Shown: one piece after another, positions 37,061-45,347 of the stretch | Position numbering within the stretch: the stretch's first letter is position 1 | Layout: each line of letters begins with the position of its first letter | Assembly (NCBI GenBank): GCA_965207055.1 | Contig: CBDBLP010000003.1 | Location: 816,913-880,912, forward strand | Origin: Alphaproteobacteria bacterium | GTDB lineage: Bacteria; Pseudomonadota; Alphaproteobacteria; UBA828 | Direction of reading: 5' to 3' | DNA: 64,000 nt | Notes under the pieces: generated by a model | The model's database searches: none | What the model saw: only the letters and a program-made list of their open reading frames with translations | Told to the model about the DNA's origin: nothing | Made by a program: the position numbers and the translations under genes

Positions 37061-37933
37061 ATGGCGACGGTGAAGGCCGGGCTCATCCAGATGGGCCTCA
37101 AGGGCGAGGTCGAGCACGACACGCCCGAGCAGATCAGCGAGAAGATGATCGCAGCGCACCTGCCCCTCATCGAGCAGGCGGCAAGCGAGGGTGTGCAGGT
37201 TCTGGGGCTCCAGGAGCTCTTCAACCTGCCCTACATCGGCGCGGTGCAGGACAACGCGTGGTACCGCACGGCCGAGCGGGTGCCCGACGGCCCCACCGTC
37301 CAGCGGATGCGGGCGGAAGCCGCGCGCCTCGGCATGGCGATGGTGGTGCCGGTCTATGAGGAAGCCCAGACCGGCGTCTACTACAACACCGCCGCCGTGA
37401 TCGACGCGGACGGGCGCTACCTGGGCAAGTTTCGCAAGATTCACATCCCCCACGTCGTCGGCTTCTGCGAGAAGTACTACTTCAAGCCGGGCGACATCGG
37501 CTATCCGGTCTTCGAGACCGCGTTCTGCAAGGTCGGTGTCTATATCTGCTACGACCGGCACTTCCCTGAAGGCTGGCGTGAGCTCGCCATGAACGGCGCC
37601 GAGGTGATCTTCAACCCGTCCGCGACCGCGCGCGGCTTGAGCGACCATCTCTGGAACCTGGAGCAGCCTGCGGCGGCGGTCGCCAACTGCGTCTATATCG
37701 GCGCCAACAACCGCGTCGGCATGGAGGCGCCGTGGAACACCGGTTACTTCTACGGCTCCAGCTACTTCTGCAATCCGCGCGGCGAAATCCTCGACCAGGG
37801 CCCGGACGATCGGGATGCTCTGGTCACCGCCGAACTCGACCTCGCCATGATCGCCGAGGTGCGGGAGGGTTGGAAATTCTACCGCGATCGCCGGCCCGAG
37901 ACCTACGGCGCGGTCGCGTCCTGGCAGGTCTGA
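37061..37933 (+). CDS. Nitrilase-superfamily C-N hydrolase, beta-ureidopropionase-like (paralog 1)
   Basis: The Glu/Lys/Cys triad contexts GLQELF, FRKIHIP and VYICYDRHFPE are present. IFNPSAT and GYFYGSSYF resemble eukaryote-type beta-ureidopropionase. Confidence 0.88.
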   Translation: MATVKAGLIQMGLKGEVEHDTPEQISEKMIAAHLPLIEQAASEGVQVLGLQELFNLPYIGAVQDNAWYRTAERVPDGPTVQRMRAEAARLGMAMVVPVYEEAQTGVYYNTAAVIDADGRYLGKFRKIHIPHVVGFCEKYYFKPGDIGYPVFETAFCKVGVYICYDRHFPEGWRELAMNGAEVIFNPSATARGLSDHLWNLEQPAAAVANCVYIGANNRVGMEAPWNTGYFYGSSYFCNPRGEILDQGPDDRDALVTAELDLAMIAEVREGWKFYRDRRPETYGAVASWQV

Positions 37934-37957
37934 GCAGGCGAGCGAGAGGAGGCTCCA

Positions 37958-38827
37958 ATGCGCAAGGTCAAGGCAGCCCTCATTCAGATGAGCCTGAAGG
38001 GAGACCCGGCGACGGACTCCATCGAGGCGATCCGAGACAACATGATCGCCGCTCACCTGTCGCTGATCGAGGAGGCGGCGCGCCGGGGCGTGCAGGTGCT
38101 CGGCCTCCAGGAGGTCTTCAACGCGCCCTACTTCCCCGCCACCATCGACGACAAGTGGTTCGAGTCCGCCGAGGCGGTGCCGGACGGGCCCACGACCCAG
38201 GCGATGTGCGAGGCGGCGAAGAAGCACGGCATGGTCATCGTCTCGCCGGTCTACGAGCGCGACCGCAGCGGCAAGTTCTACAACACCGCCGCAGTCATCG
38301 ATGCGGACGGCAGCTATCTCGGCAAGTTCCGCAAGATTCACATTCCGAAGATCGGGCCTTACGACGAGAAGCACTACTTCGCCTATGGCGACCTCGGCTA
38401 CCCGGTGTTCGATACCGCCGTCGGCAAGGTCGGGGTCTATATTTGCTACGACCGTCATTTCCCCGAGGGCTGGCGCGCGCTTGCGCTCAATGGCGCGGAG
38501 CTCGTGTTCAACCCGTCGGCGACCTTCAGGGGCCTCAGCGACCACATCTGGAACCTGGAGCAAGTGGGCGCGGCCATCGCCAACGGCATCTTCATCGGCA
38601 CCAACAACCGGGTCGGCACCGAGCCGACCTTCGGCAACCACGTGTTCTACGGCTCCAGCTACTTCTGCAATCCGCGCGGCGAGATCCTGGCGCAGGGCGG
38701 CGACGAGGACGACGAGCTGGTGATCGCCGAGCTCGACCTCGACCAGATTCGCGAGGTCCGCGACACGTGGCAGTTCTTCCGCGACCGCCGGCCCGAAACC
38801 TACCAGCACTGCGCCCGGCAGCCGTGA
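37958..38827 (+). CDS. Nitrilase-superfamily C-N hydrolase, beta-ureidopropionase-like (paralog 2)
   Basis: Collinear with paralog 1, with well over half of positions identical by eye (GLQEVF, FRKIHIP, VYICYDRHFPE, FNPSAT, FYGSSYFCNPRGEIL). It starts 25 nt downstream of paralog 1. Confidence 0.88.
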   Translation: MRKVKAALIQMSLKGDPATDSIEAIRDNMIAAHLSLIEEAARRGVQVLGLQEVFNAPYFPATIDDKWFESAEAVPDGPTTQAMCEAAKKHGMVIVSPVYERDRSGKFYNTAAVIDADGSYLGKFRKIHIPKIGPYDEKHYFAYGDLGYPVFDTAVGKVGVYICYDRHFPEGWRALALNGAELVFNPSATFRGLSDHIWNLEQVGAAIANGIFIGTNNRVGTEPTFGNHVFYGSSYFCNPRGEILAQGGDEDDELVIAELDLDQIREVRDTWQFFRDRRPETYQHCARQP

Positions 38828-38862
38828 GCCACTGGCCCACGAAGTAACACGGTCGGGTACGC

Positions 38863-39735
38863 CTATCGCCGGACGCGGCCGTGGGTGATGGTGCCGAAGG
38901 TCACGCCCCTGAGCAGCTGATTCTGCAACACGAAGGTCACCGCCACCACCGGGATCAGGAAGAGCGTCTCGATCGCAGCGAGACGGCCCCAGTCCACGCC
39001 GATACCGCTGCCGAGGCTCCCCCCTATGCCGACCGGCACGGTCCGCGTCTCCGGCCCCGTGAGCAGCAGCGCCATCAGAAACTCGTTCCAGGTGAGGATC
39101 AGGCCGAGCGTCACCGTGGCGGCGATGCCGGCCTTCACCTGCGGCAGGCAGACGCGGAAGAAGACCCGCCATTCCGAGCTTCCATCGGTGCGCGCGGCGT
39201 CTTCCACCTCGCGCGGCAGGTCGTCGAAGAAGCTCTTCATCATCCAGATGGCAAAGGGCAGGTTGAACGCGGTGTAGAGCAGGATGATGCCGAGGTAGCT
39301 GCCGGCCAGCCCGGTCATGCGGAAGATCACGAAGAGCGGGATGATGAGGACGATGGGCGGCAGCATCCGCGTGGTGAGGATGACGAGCAGGTAGGTGTCG
39401 TTGCCGCGTAGCGGCCAGCGCGAGAAGCCGTAGGCCGCGCCGGTGCCGAGGATCAGCGCGAGTCCTACGCTCGCGCCCGAGATCACGATGCTGTTGACGA
39501 AATAGAGCTCGAACCCGGTCTCGACCAGTGCGCCGCCCTCGTAGTGCACGCGCGCGAAGATGTTGGCGAAGTTGTCGAGGGTGGGCGTGAAGACCAGTGT
39601 CGAGGTGAGGATGTCGCGCGGGCTCTTGAACGCGGTGAGCACGATCCAGAGAACCGGCAGGAAGTAGACGAAACCGACGACGGTGCAGAGCGCGGTGCGC
39701 CCCCAGCCGGCCCTACCGATCGCGCGCCGCCGCAT
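38863..39735 (-). CDS. CUT1-type (MalG-like) ABC transporter permease; orphan, with no partner components nearby
   Basis: ...FLPVLWIVLTAFKSPRDI... and EAA loop EVEDAARTDGSSEWRVFFRVCLPQVKAGI. 290 aa. It starts 33 nt downstream of the amidase stop on the same strand. Confidence 0.85.
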   Translation of the reverse strand: MRRRAIGRAGWGRTALCTVVGFVYFLPVLWIVLTAFKSPRDILTSTLVFTPTLDNFANIFARVHYEGGALVETGFELYFVNSIVISGASVGLALILGTGAAYGFSRWPLRGNDTYLLVILTTRMLPPIVLIIPLFVIFRMTGLAGSYLGIILLYTAFNLPFAIWMMKSFFDDLPREVEDAARTDGSSEWRVFFRVCLPQVKAGIAATVTLGLILTWNEFLMALLLTGPETRTVPVGIGGSLGSGIGVDWGRLAAIETLFLIPVVAVTFVLQNQLLRGVTFGTITHGRVRR

Positions 39736-39767
39736 CCCGCCTCGGCTGCGCCCTCGGCCCCCGCGCC

Positions 39768-41468
39768 TCAGGCCGGTAGCGCGGTGGGCCGGCGCCGGTG
39801 CCAGTCCGTCTCGCGCTGGTACTGGTGGCCGAGGCGGAACAGCAGGGGCTCGGCGAAGGGCCGGCCGATGAGCTGGAACGAGGTCGGCATGCCGTCGGGC
39901 GTGAAACCGCAGGTCACGCTCAGCGCCGGCAGGCCGAGATAGTTCACCACGCGCGTGTTGCGGGTGAGGCCAACGACCATCTTCAGGTACGCGGGTCCGT
40001 CGCGGTAGGCGGTGTCCGCGAGCGTCGGCGTCGGCATGGGCAGTACCGGGGTCAGCAGCGCATCGCAGGCGCCGAAGACGGCGTCGGCGAAGGTGCGGAG
40101 CGCGTGGGCGCGGTATTGCAGGGCATTGATGTAGTCGGTCGCGGGGATGAAAAAGCCCGCCTGCAGGCGCTTGCCCACCTCGTCGGAATAGTCCTCCTCC
40201 TCCGCGCGCTTCCAGGGCAGGTGGTTGGCCGCGCCCTCACACTTCATCACCAAGGGGTGGATCGCGGAGACGGTATCCAGTGAAGCCGGCATGGCGACCG
40301 GCACGAGGGTGGCGCCGAGGCCCGCGAAGACCGCATGCGTGGCCTCGATCGCGGCGGCCACGCCGGGGTCGAGGTCTTCGTCGAAATAGCCCTCCGGAAT
40401 GCCGATTCGCACGCCCCTCAGGCTTTGCTCGATGGTTGCCTCGTAGTCCGGCACCGGCTCGGCGCTCGTGGTGGCGTCGTTCTCGTCGGCGCCTGCGATC
40501 ACGCCGAGCACCCGGGCGCAATCCCGCACCGTTCGCGCCAGCGGCCCCATCACGTCGAGCGACCATGACATCGGCATGCAGCCGAAGCGGCTGACGCGGC
40601 CCTGAGTCGGGTTGATGCCGGTGACCCCGTTCGCCGCTGCCGGGCAGCGGATGGAGCCGCCGGTGTCGGAGCCCAAAGCGGCGTAGACCAGGCGGCCCGC
40701 CACCGCCGTGCCCGAGCCCGACGACGAGCCGCAGGGGATGCGCTCGAAATCCCAGACGTTGCGGCAGCGCGGCAGGTGGGCGTTGAAGCCGTGGGGCCCC
40801 ATGGCGAACTCGACCATGGCGAGCCCGCCCAGGTCGATGGCGCCGGCCGCATCGAGGCGCTGGAGAACCGTCGCCGTCGCAGCCGGGCGGAACTCGCGAC
40901 GGATCTTGGAGCCGCAGGAGGAGACCTTGCCAGCCCGGTAGTACATGTCCTTGTGCGCGAGCGGCACGCCCGCAAGCGGACCGGCTGCGCCGTCTCGGCC
41001 CCGGTTCCGATCCATCTCCTGTGCGCGCGCAAGCGCGTCCTCGCGGTCAAGGCGGATGAAGGCATGGAGTTGCGGGTCCAGCCGGTCGATGCGCGCAAGC
41101 GCCGCCTCCACCAGATCGGTGGCGGAGAGTTCGCCGCTCGCGACCGCGTCCGCCGCCTCGCAGAGGCTGAGGGCTGCGATCTCGTTCGTGCCTCCGGTTG
41201 CGCCAGCGCCAGCGTCACGCGTGCTGCCCGTGTCGGCATCCGCGTGTGCACCGTCTTCGGTGGCTCTCAACGCGTGCAGCGCCTGCTCGAGGGAGGCCGG
41301 CAGTCGGTCGAAGTCATGGTCGGGGCGCGCGGCCTCCACTGCCGCGTGCAACTGACCCAGCTCGATGGGGAGCTCCGCGGCTCTCTCGTCGGAGAGGGGA
41401 ATGCGCTGGCACTCGCGGTTCAGCCTATCGATCGTCTCGGCGCTGATCGCCACGGCTTCCTCCCTCAT
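39768..41468 (-). CDS. Amidase-signature family amidase with a roughly 95-aa N-terminal helical extension
   Basis: ATG at 41468 within ORF 39768..42023. The core carries GVPLAHKDM, CGSSSGSGTAVAG and GSDTGGSIRCPAA. The canonical amidase N-terminus (LSLCEAADAVASGELSATDLVEAAL) begins only around residue 95. Confidence 0.85.
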   Translation of the reverse strand: MREEAVAISAETIDRLNRECQRIPLSDERAAELPIELGQLHAAVEAARPDHDFDRLPASLEQALHALRATEDGAHADADTGSTRDAGAGATGGTNEIAALSLCEAADAVASGELSATDLVEAALARIDRLDPQLHAFIRLDREDALARAQEMDRNRGRDGAAGPLAGVPLAHKDMYYRAGKVSSCGSKIRREFRPAATATVLQRLDAAGAIDLGGLAMVEFAMGPHGFNAHLPRCRNVWDFERIPCGSSSGSGTAVAGRLVYAALGSDTGGSIRCPAAANGVTGINPTQGRVSRFGCMPMSWSLDVMGPLARTVRDCARVLGVIAGADENDATTSAEPVPDYEATIEQSLRGVRIGIPEGYFDEDLDPGVAAAIEATHAVFAGLGATLVPVAMPASLDTVSAIHPLVMKCEGAANHLPWKRAEEEDYSDEVGKRLQAGFFIPATDYINALQYRAHALRTFADAVFGACDALLTPVLPMPTPTLADTAYRDGPAYLKMVVGLTRNTRVVNYLGLPALSVTCGFTPDGMPTSFQLIGRPFAEPLLFRLGHQYQRETDWHRRRPTALPA

Positions 41469-41989
41469 GCCCCACGAATGGCGTCCGCCACTCTGCGCCA
41501 GAACGCCTCGTCCCACCAGCGCCGCGCGGCGCCGGAGGTCGACGGCAGCACGTGGATTACGGTCTCGCCGACGCGCCGTGCCTGCTCGCCATAGTCGAGA
41601 GTGTCGGCGCCGAGGAAGACGCGCGCCGCCCGCTTGCCGTTGAAGGCCAGGACCGCGGGCCGGTGTTGCGCGATCTTGGCGGCGAGCGCGGCGGCATCGT
41701 CGGCTTGCCGGGAGAGATCGGTGTCCGCGCCCGATTCCGTCTTGCAGAGGTCGGTCAAGCCGATGCCGTAGCGCAGCACGGTGCGGAACTCGGCCGGCGC
41801 GAGCAGTCGCGGCGTGAGCCCCACGCGGTGGAGCGTCGGCCAGAAGCGATTGCCGGGGCCGGCATAGTAGGCGCCGACGCGCGCCGATACCGCGCCTGCC
41901 GCAGAGCCGCAGAAGACGATACGCAGCCCGGGGCCCAGCACATCGGGCAGGACATCCGGCGTCGTGGTGGCAGCCATGGGCCTGGGCAT
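41465..41989 (-). CDS. Mug/TDG-fold (UDG family 2-like) protein lacking the canonical GINPG Asn
   Basis: DVLGPGLRIVFCGSAAGAVSARVGAYYAGPGNRFWPTLHRVGLT aligns by eye with E. coli Mug [20 protein letters not shown]...ANRFWKVIYQAGFT. The later VLPSTSG matches Mug VLPNPSG. Its stop overlaps the amidase ATG (ATGA). Confidence 0.75.
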   Translation of the reverse strand: MPRPMAATTTPDVLPDVLGPGLRIVFCGSAAGAVSARVGAYYAGPGNRFWPTLHRVGLTPRLLAPAEFRTVLRYGIGLTDLCKTESGADTDLSRQADDAAALAAKIAQHRPAVLAFNGKRAARVFLGADTLDYGEQARRVGETVIHVLPSTSGAARRWWDEAFWRRVADAIRGA

Positions 41990-42061
41990 CCCTCCTCTTG
42001 CGCTCGCCAGCGCGCTCTATCATAGACAGCCTGCGAATGACGACAGCGACGGAGTGGTGCG

Positions 42062-43306
42062 GTGCGGAACTTCAAGGTGGATGGCGATCGCCTGTGGGCG
42101 AGCCTCATGGAAATGGCGAAGATCGGCGCGACGGAGAAGGGCGGCGTCTGCCGGCTCGCGCTCACCGACGTCGACAAGGCGGCGCGCGATCTCTTCGTGC
42201 AATGGTGCGAGGAGGCCGGCTGCACCGTCAGCATCGACAAGATGGGCAATATCTTCGCCCGACGAGCCGGCAACGATGACTCGCTCCCGCCGGTGATGAC
42301 CGGCAGCCATATCGACAGCCAACCCACGGGCGGCAAGTACGACGGCATCTACGGCGTGCTGGCCGGCCTCGAGGTGATCCGCACCCTCAATGACCTCGGC
42401 TACGAGACCGAGGCTCCCATCGAGGTCTCGGCCTGGACCAACGAGGAAGGCTCGCGCTTCGCACCGGCGATGGTGGCCTCCGGCGTCTTCGGCGGTGTGT
42501 TTTCGCTGGAGGAAGGACTGGCGTGCGCGGACGTCGACGGCAAGACCATCGGCGAGGAGCTTGAGCGCATCGGCTACGCCGGCGAGATGGAGTGCGGCGG
42601 ACGCGAGGTCGGGGCCTTCTTCGAAGCCCACATCGAGCAGGGGCCGATCCTCGAAGCCGAGGAGAAGACCATCGGAATCGTGCAAGGCGTGCAGGGCATC
42701 AGCTGGTTCGACGTCAACGTGACCGGCATGGAATCCCACGCCGGCACCACGCCGATGGAGCGCCGCAAGGACGCGATGGTGGGCGCTGCCATACTGGTCG
42801 CGGCGATCGACCAGCTCGCGCTCGACAACGCGCCAGACGCCCGCTCCACCGTCGGTGTGATGCGGGTGAGCCCCAACTCGCGCAACGTCATCCCCGGCTC
42901 GGTCTACTTCTCGGTGGACCTACGCCATCCCGATGCCGAGACGCTTGCGGCGATGACCGCCGAGGCCCAACGCCAGGCAGAGACTCTTGCCGCCGAGCGC
43001 GGGCTTGAGATCACGTTCGAGGAGATCTGGCACTCGCCGCCGGTCAAGTTCGCGGCCGATTGCGTCGGCGCCGTGGAGAACGCGGCCGAGACCCTTGGCT
43101 ATGCGAGCCGGCCGATCACCTCCGGCGCAGGCCACGACGCGGTCTACGTGTCGCGCGTCGCCCCCACCGGCATGATCTTCATCCCCTGCGAGGATGGCAT
43201 CAGCCACAACGAGATCGAGGCCGCGACCCAGGCCGACATCGCCGCCGGCTGCGACGTGCTGCTCAATGCGATGGTTGCGCTCGCCACCCGCGAAGAGGGT
43301 GCGTGA
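42062..43306 (+). CDS. M20-family Zn-dependent amidohydrolase (N-carbamoyl-L-amino-acid / allantoate / beta-ureidopropionase type)
   Basis: GTG start. ...RLALTDVDKAARDLF...DKMGNIFARR...VMTGSHIDSQPTGGKYDGIYGVLAGLEV...WTNEEGSRF...EAHIEQGP... Confidence 0.88.
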   Translation: MRNFKVDGDRLWASLMEMAKIGATEKGGVCRLALTDVDKAARDLFVQWCEEAGCTVSIDKMGNIFARRAGNDDSLPPVMTGSHIDSQPTGGKYDGIYGVLAGLEVIRTLNDLGYETEAPIEVSAWTNEEGSRFAPAMVASGVFGGVFSLEEGLACADVDGKTIGEELERIGYAGEMECGGREVGAFFEAHIEQGPILEAEEKTIGIVQGVQGISWFDVNVTGMESHAGTTPMERRKDAMVGAAILVAAIDQLALDNAPDARSTVGVMRVSPNSRNVIPGSVYFSVDLRHPDAETLAAMTAEAQRQAETLAAERGLEITFEEIWHSPPVKFAADCVGAVENAAETLGYASRPITSGAGHDAVYVSRVAPTGMIFIPCEDGISHNEIEAATQADIAAGCDVLLNAMVALATREEGA

Positions 43307-43309
43307 TCC

Positions 43310-44347
43310 CTATCCCGCGACTTCTCGGCGGACAATGGCGGCACCTTCGACCATCGCCGTGAGCTTGCCGAACGCGACCTCTCGCGTGAGGTACTTCATG
43401 CCGCAGTCGGGCGCGGCGACGAGGCGGTCCGCCGGCACCACCGCGAGCGCCTCGCGCAACCTCGCCGCCACGGTCTCGGGCCGCTCGATTTCGGGATCGC
43501 TCATGTCGATCACGCCGTAGAGGATCTGCTTCGACGGCAGGTGGGCGAGGATCGCCGGATCGAGCCTGGGCTGGGCCGCCTCGATGGAGATTTGATCCAC
43601 TGCCGCCGCCTCCAGCTCCGGCAGGAAGGAGTAGCCGCTTGGCTTCTCCGTCCTTATTACGGCGGCGTAGCCGAAGCAGAGGTGCAGCGCGGTCTTGCCG
43701 TCCACGCCGTCGAGTGCCCGGTTGATCGCCTTCACCGCGAAGGCGCGCGCAGCCTCGGGCCGGGCCTGCACGTAGGGCTCGTCGAGCTGAACGATGTCGG
43801 CGCCGGCAGCGAAGAGGTCCCTGATCTCCTCGTTGACCGCGCCGGCGTAATCCATGGCGAGGCTTTCATCGTCGGAGTAGTAGGCGTTCTCCGCCTGCTG
43901 GGTCATGGTGAAGGGGCCGGGCAGCGTGATCTTGATCGTGCGATCCGTGTTGGCGCGCAGGAATCGAACGTCGTCCACTTCGATGGGGCGCTCGCGCCGG
44001 ATCGGCCCTGAGACGAGGGGGACCGGCGCGGGGTTGCCGGTGCGGTCCATGTGCGTGCCGATTCGCTCCTTGTCGATGCCGCCGAGCGCGGTCGCGACCC
44101 GGTTGGAGTAGCTCTCACGCCTGATTTCGCCGTCGCTGATGACGTCGACACCGGCGCGTTCCTGATCCCGGATCGCGGCGAGCGTCGCCGCCTCCTGCGC
44201 CTCCTCAAGATGCTCGGGCGGGACGCGCCAGATCTCGTGCGCGCGCACCCGGGGCGGCAGGCGGTTCACCAGATTGTCCCGGTCGATCAGCCACTCCGGC
44301 TGCGGATAGCTGCCGACGACGGCGGTGGTCAGCACGTCCTGGCTCAT
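43310..44347 (-). CDS. Stand-alone MetE C-terminal-domain-like (cobalamin-independent methyltransferase, Meth_synt_2) protein
   Basis: TTAVVGSYPQPEWL...ISDGEIRRESY...IVQLDEP...LHLCFGY...APDCGMK. The Zn-ligand contexts are present. 345 aa. Confidence 0.85.
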   Translation of the reverse strand: MSQDVLTTAVVGSYPQPEWLIDRDNLVNRLPPRVRAHEIWRVPPEHLEEAQEAATLAAIRDQERAGVDVISDGEIRRESYSNRVATALGGIDKERIGTHMDRTGNPAPVPLVSGPIRRERPIEVDDVRFLRANTDRTIKITLPGPFTMTQQAENAYYSDDESLAMDYAGAVNEEIRDLFAAGADIVQLDEPYVQARPEAARAFAVKAINRALDGVDGKTALHLCFGYAAVIRTEKPSGYSFLPELEAAAVDQISIEAAQPRLDPAILAHLPSKQILYGVIDMSDPEIERPETVAARLREALAVVPADRLVAAPDCGMKYLTREVAFGKLTAMVEGAAIVRREVAG

Positions 44348-44514
44348 GGAGTTCGTCCCGCTCGTTGCTCAAGAACCCGCCGCATCTGCGGCCGCGGCCC
44401 GCCCAGCCTACCGATCGGGCATAGTTTTGCCATATTGATCACCTACCCCGAAGCCCGAGAATCCCGCTAGTCTGGGGTGGCGCCTGTGAGCGGCACAGCA
44501 CGGAGTGAGGGGCG

Positions 44515-45345
44515 ATGAAACTCTGCCTGATCCAGATGAACAGCACGCCCGACCACGGGGAGAATGTGGCGCGCGCGGCCGGCTACATCGACCGGGCGGT
44601 CGCGGCCCGTAAACCCGATCTCGTGGTCGTGCCCGAGTTCTTCAACCACCCCTACGTCTTCCAGTACCGCGATTACGCGCATATCGACGAGGCGGAGGGC
44701 GAGGACGGCATCGCCATCTCGACCATGCGCGCCAAGGCGCGTGAGCACGGCATCCACATCATCGCCACCATCTTCGAGGCCGAGTCCGCCGGCCTCTGCT
44801 ACGACAGCGCCATCGTGATCGATCCCTCGGGTGATATTCTCGGCCGCTACCGCAAGGCGCATCCGGCAGCGGTGCGCAGCCTGGAGAAGATCTACTTCCG
44901 CTACGGCTCGCACTTTCCCGTGTTCAAGGTCGGCGAGTGGCGGGTCGGGATCAACATCTGCTACGACACGTTCTTTCCCGAATCCGCGCGCTGCGCCGCA
45001 GTTAACGGGGCCGAGCTGATCGTGGTGCCCTTCGCGGCGCCGGCGGTCGCCTGCTGGCGCGAGACCATGCAGACCCGCGCCTTCGAGAACGGCGTCTACT
45101 TCGCACCCTGCAACAAGGTGGGGCTGGAGGGGGAGTGGACCTTCGGCGGTCGCAGCATGATCGTCGCCCCCGATTCCGAGGTGCTCGCCGAGGCGGGCGA
45201 CGAGGGCGACGAGACCATCACGGCGACCCTCGACCGTGCCCGCGTGTTCGAGGCCCGGCGCGCTTGGCCCATGTTTCGGGACCGCCGCCCAGATCTCTAC
45301 ACCGCGATCACGACACCAACTGAAGACATCCCGCGGATCGACTGA
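44515..45345 (+). CDS. Nitrilase-superfamily C-N hydrolase (third member in the region)
   Basis: Triad contexts VVVPEFF, RYRKAHP and INICYDTFFPE. 276 aa. Confidence 0.85.
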   Translation: MKLCLIQMNSTPDHGENVARAAGYIDRAVAARKPDLVVVPEFFNHPYVFQYRDYAHIDEAEGEDGIAISTMRAKAREHGIHIIATIFEAESAGLCYDSAIVIDPSGDILGRYRKAHPAAVRSLEKIYFRYGSHFPVFKVGEWRVGINICYDTFFPESARCAAVNGAELIVVPFAAPAVACWRETMQTRAFENGVYFAPCNKVGLEGEWTFGGRSMIVAPDSEVLAEAGDEGDETITATLDRARVFEARRAWPMFRDRRPDLYTAITTPTEDIPRID

Positions 45346-45347
45346 TC

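Noticed and set aside
39768-42023. The 751-aa ORF suggested a giant fusion protein. The 642-aa ORF 21836..23764 looked similar.
   Set aside because: The N-terminal parts are out-of-frame read-through across the upstream genes (the Mug-like gene and hslV respectively). Internal ATGs at 41468 and 23146 give canonical N-termini and form ATGA overlaps with the upstream stops.
44348-44514. A cobalamin or SAM riboswitch might lie in the 167-nt leader of the MetE-like gene.
   Set aside because: I could not find a B12-box-like core or the characteristic conserved stems by eye. Only a covariance-model scan (Rfam cobalamin, SAM-II, SAM-V) could settle this. No claim is made.
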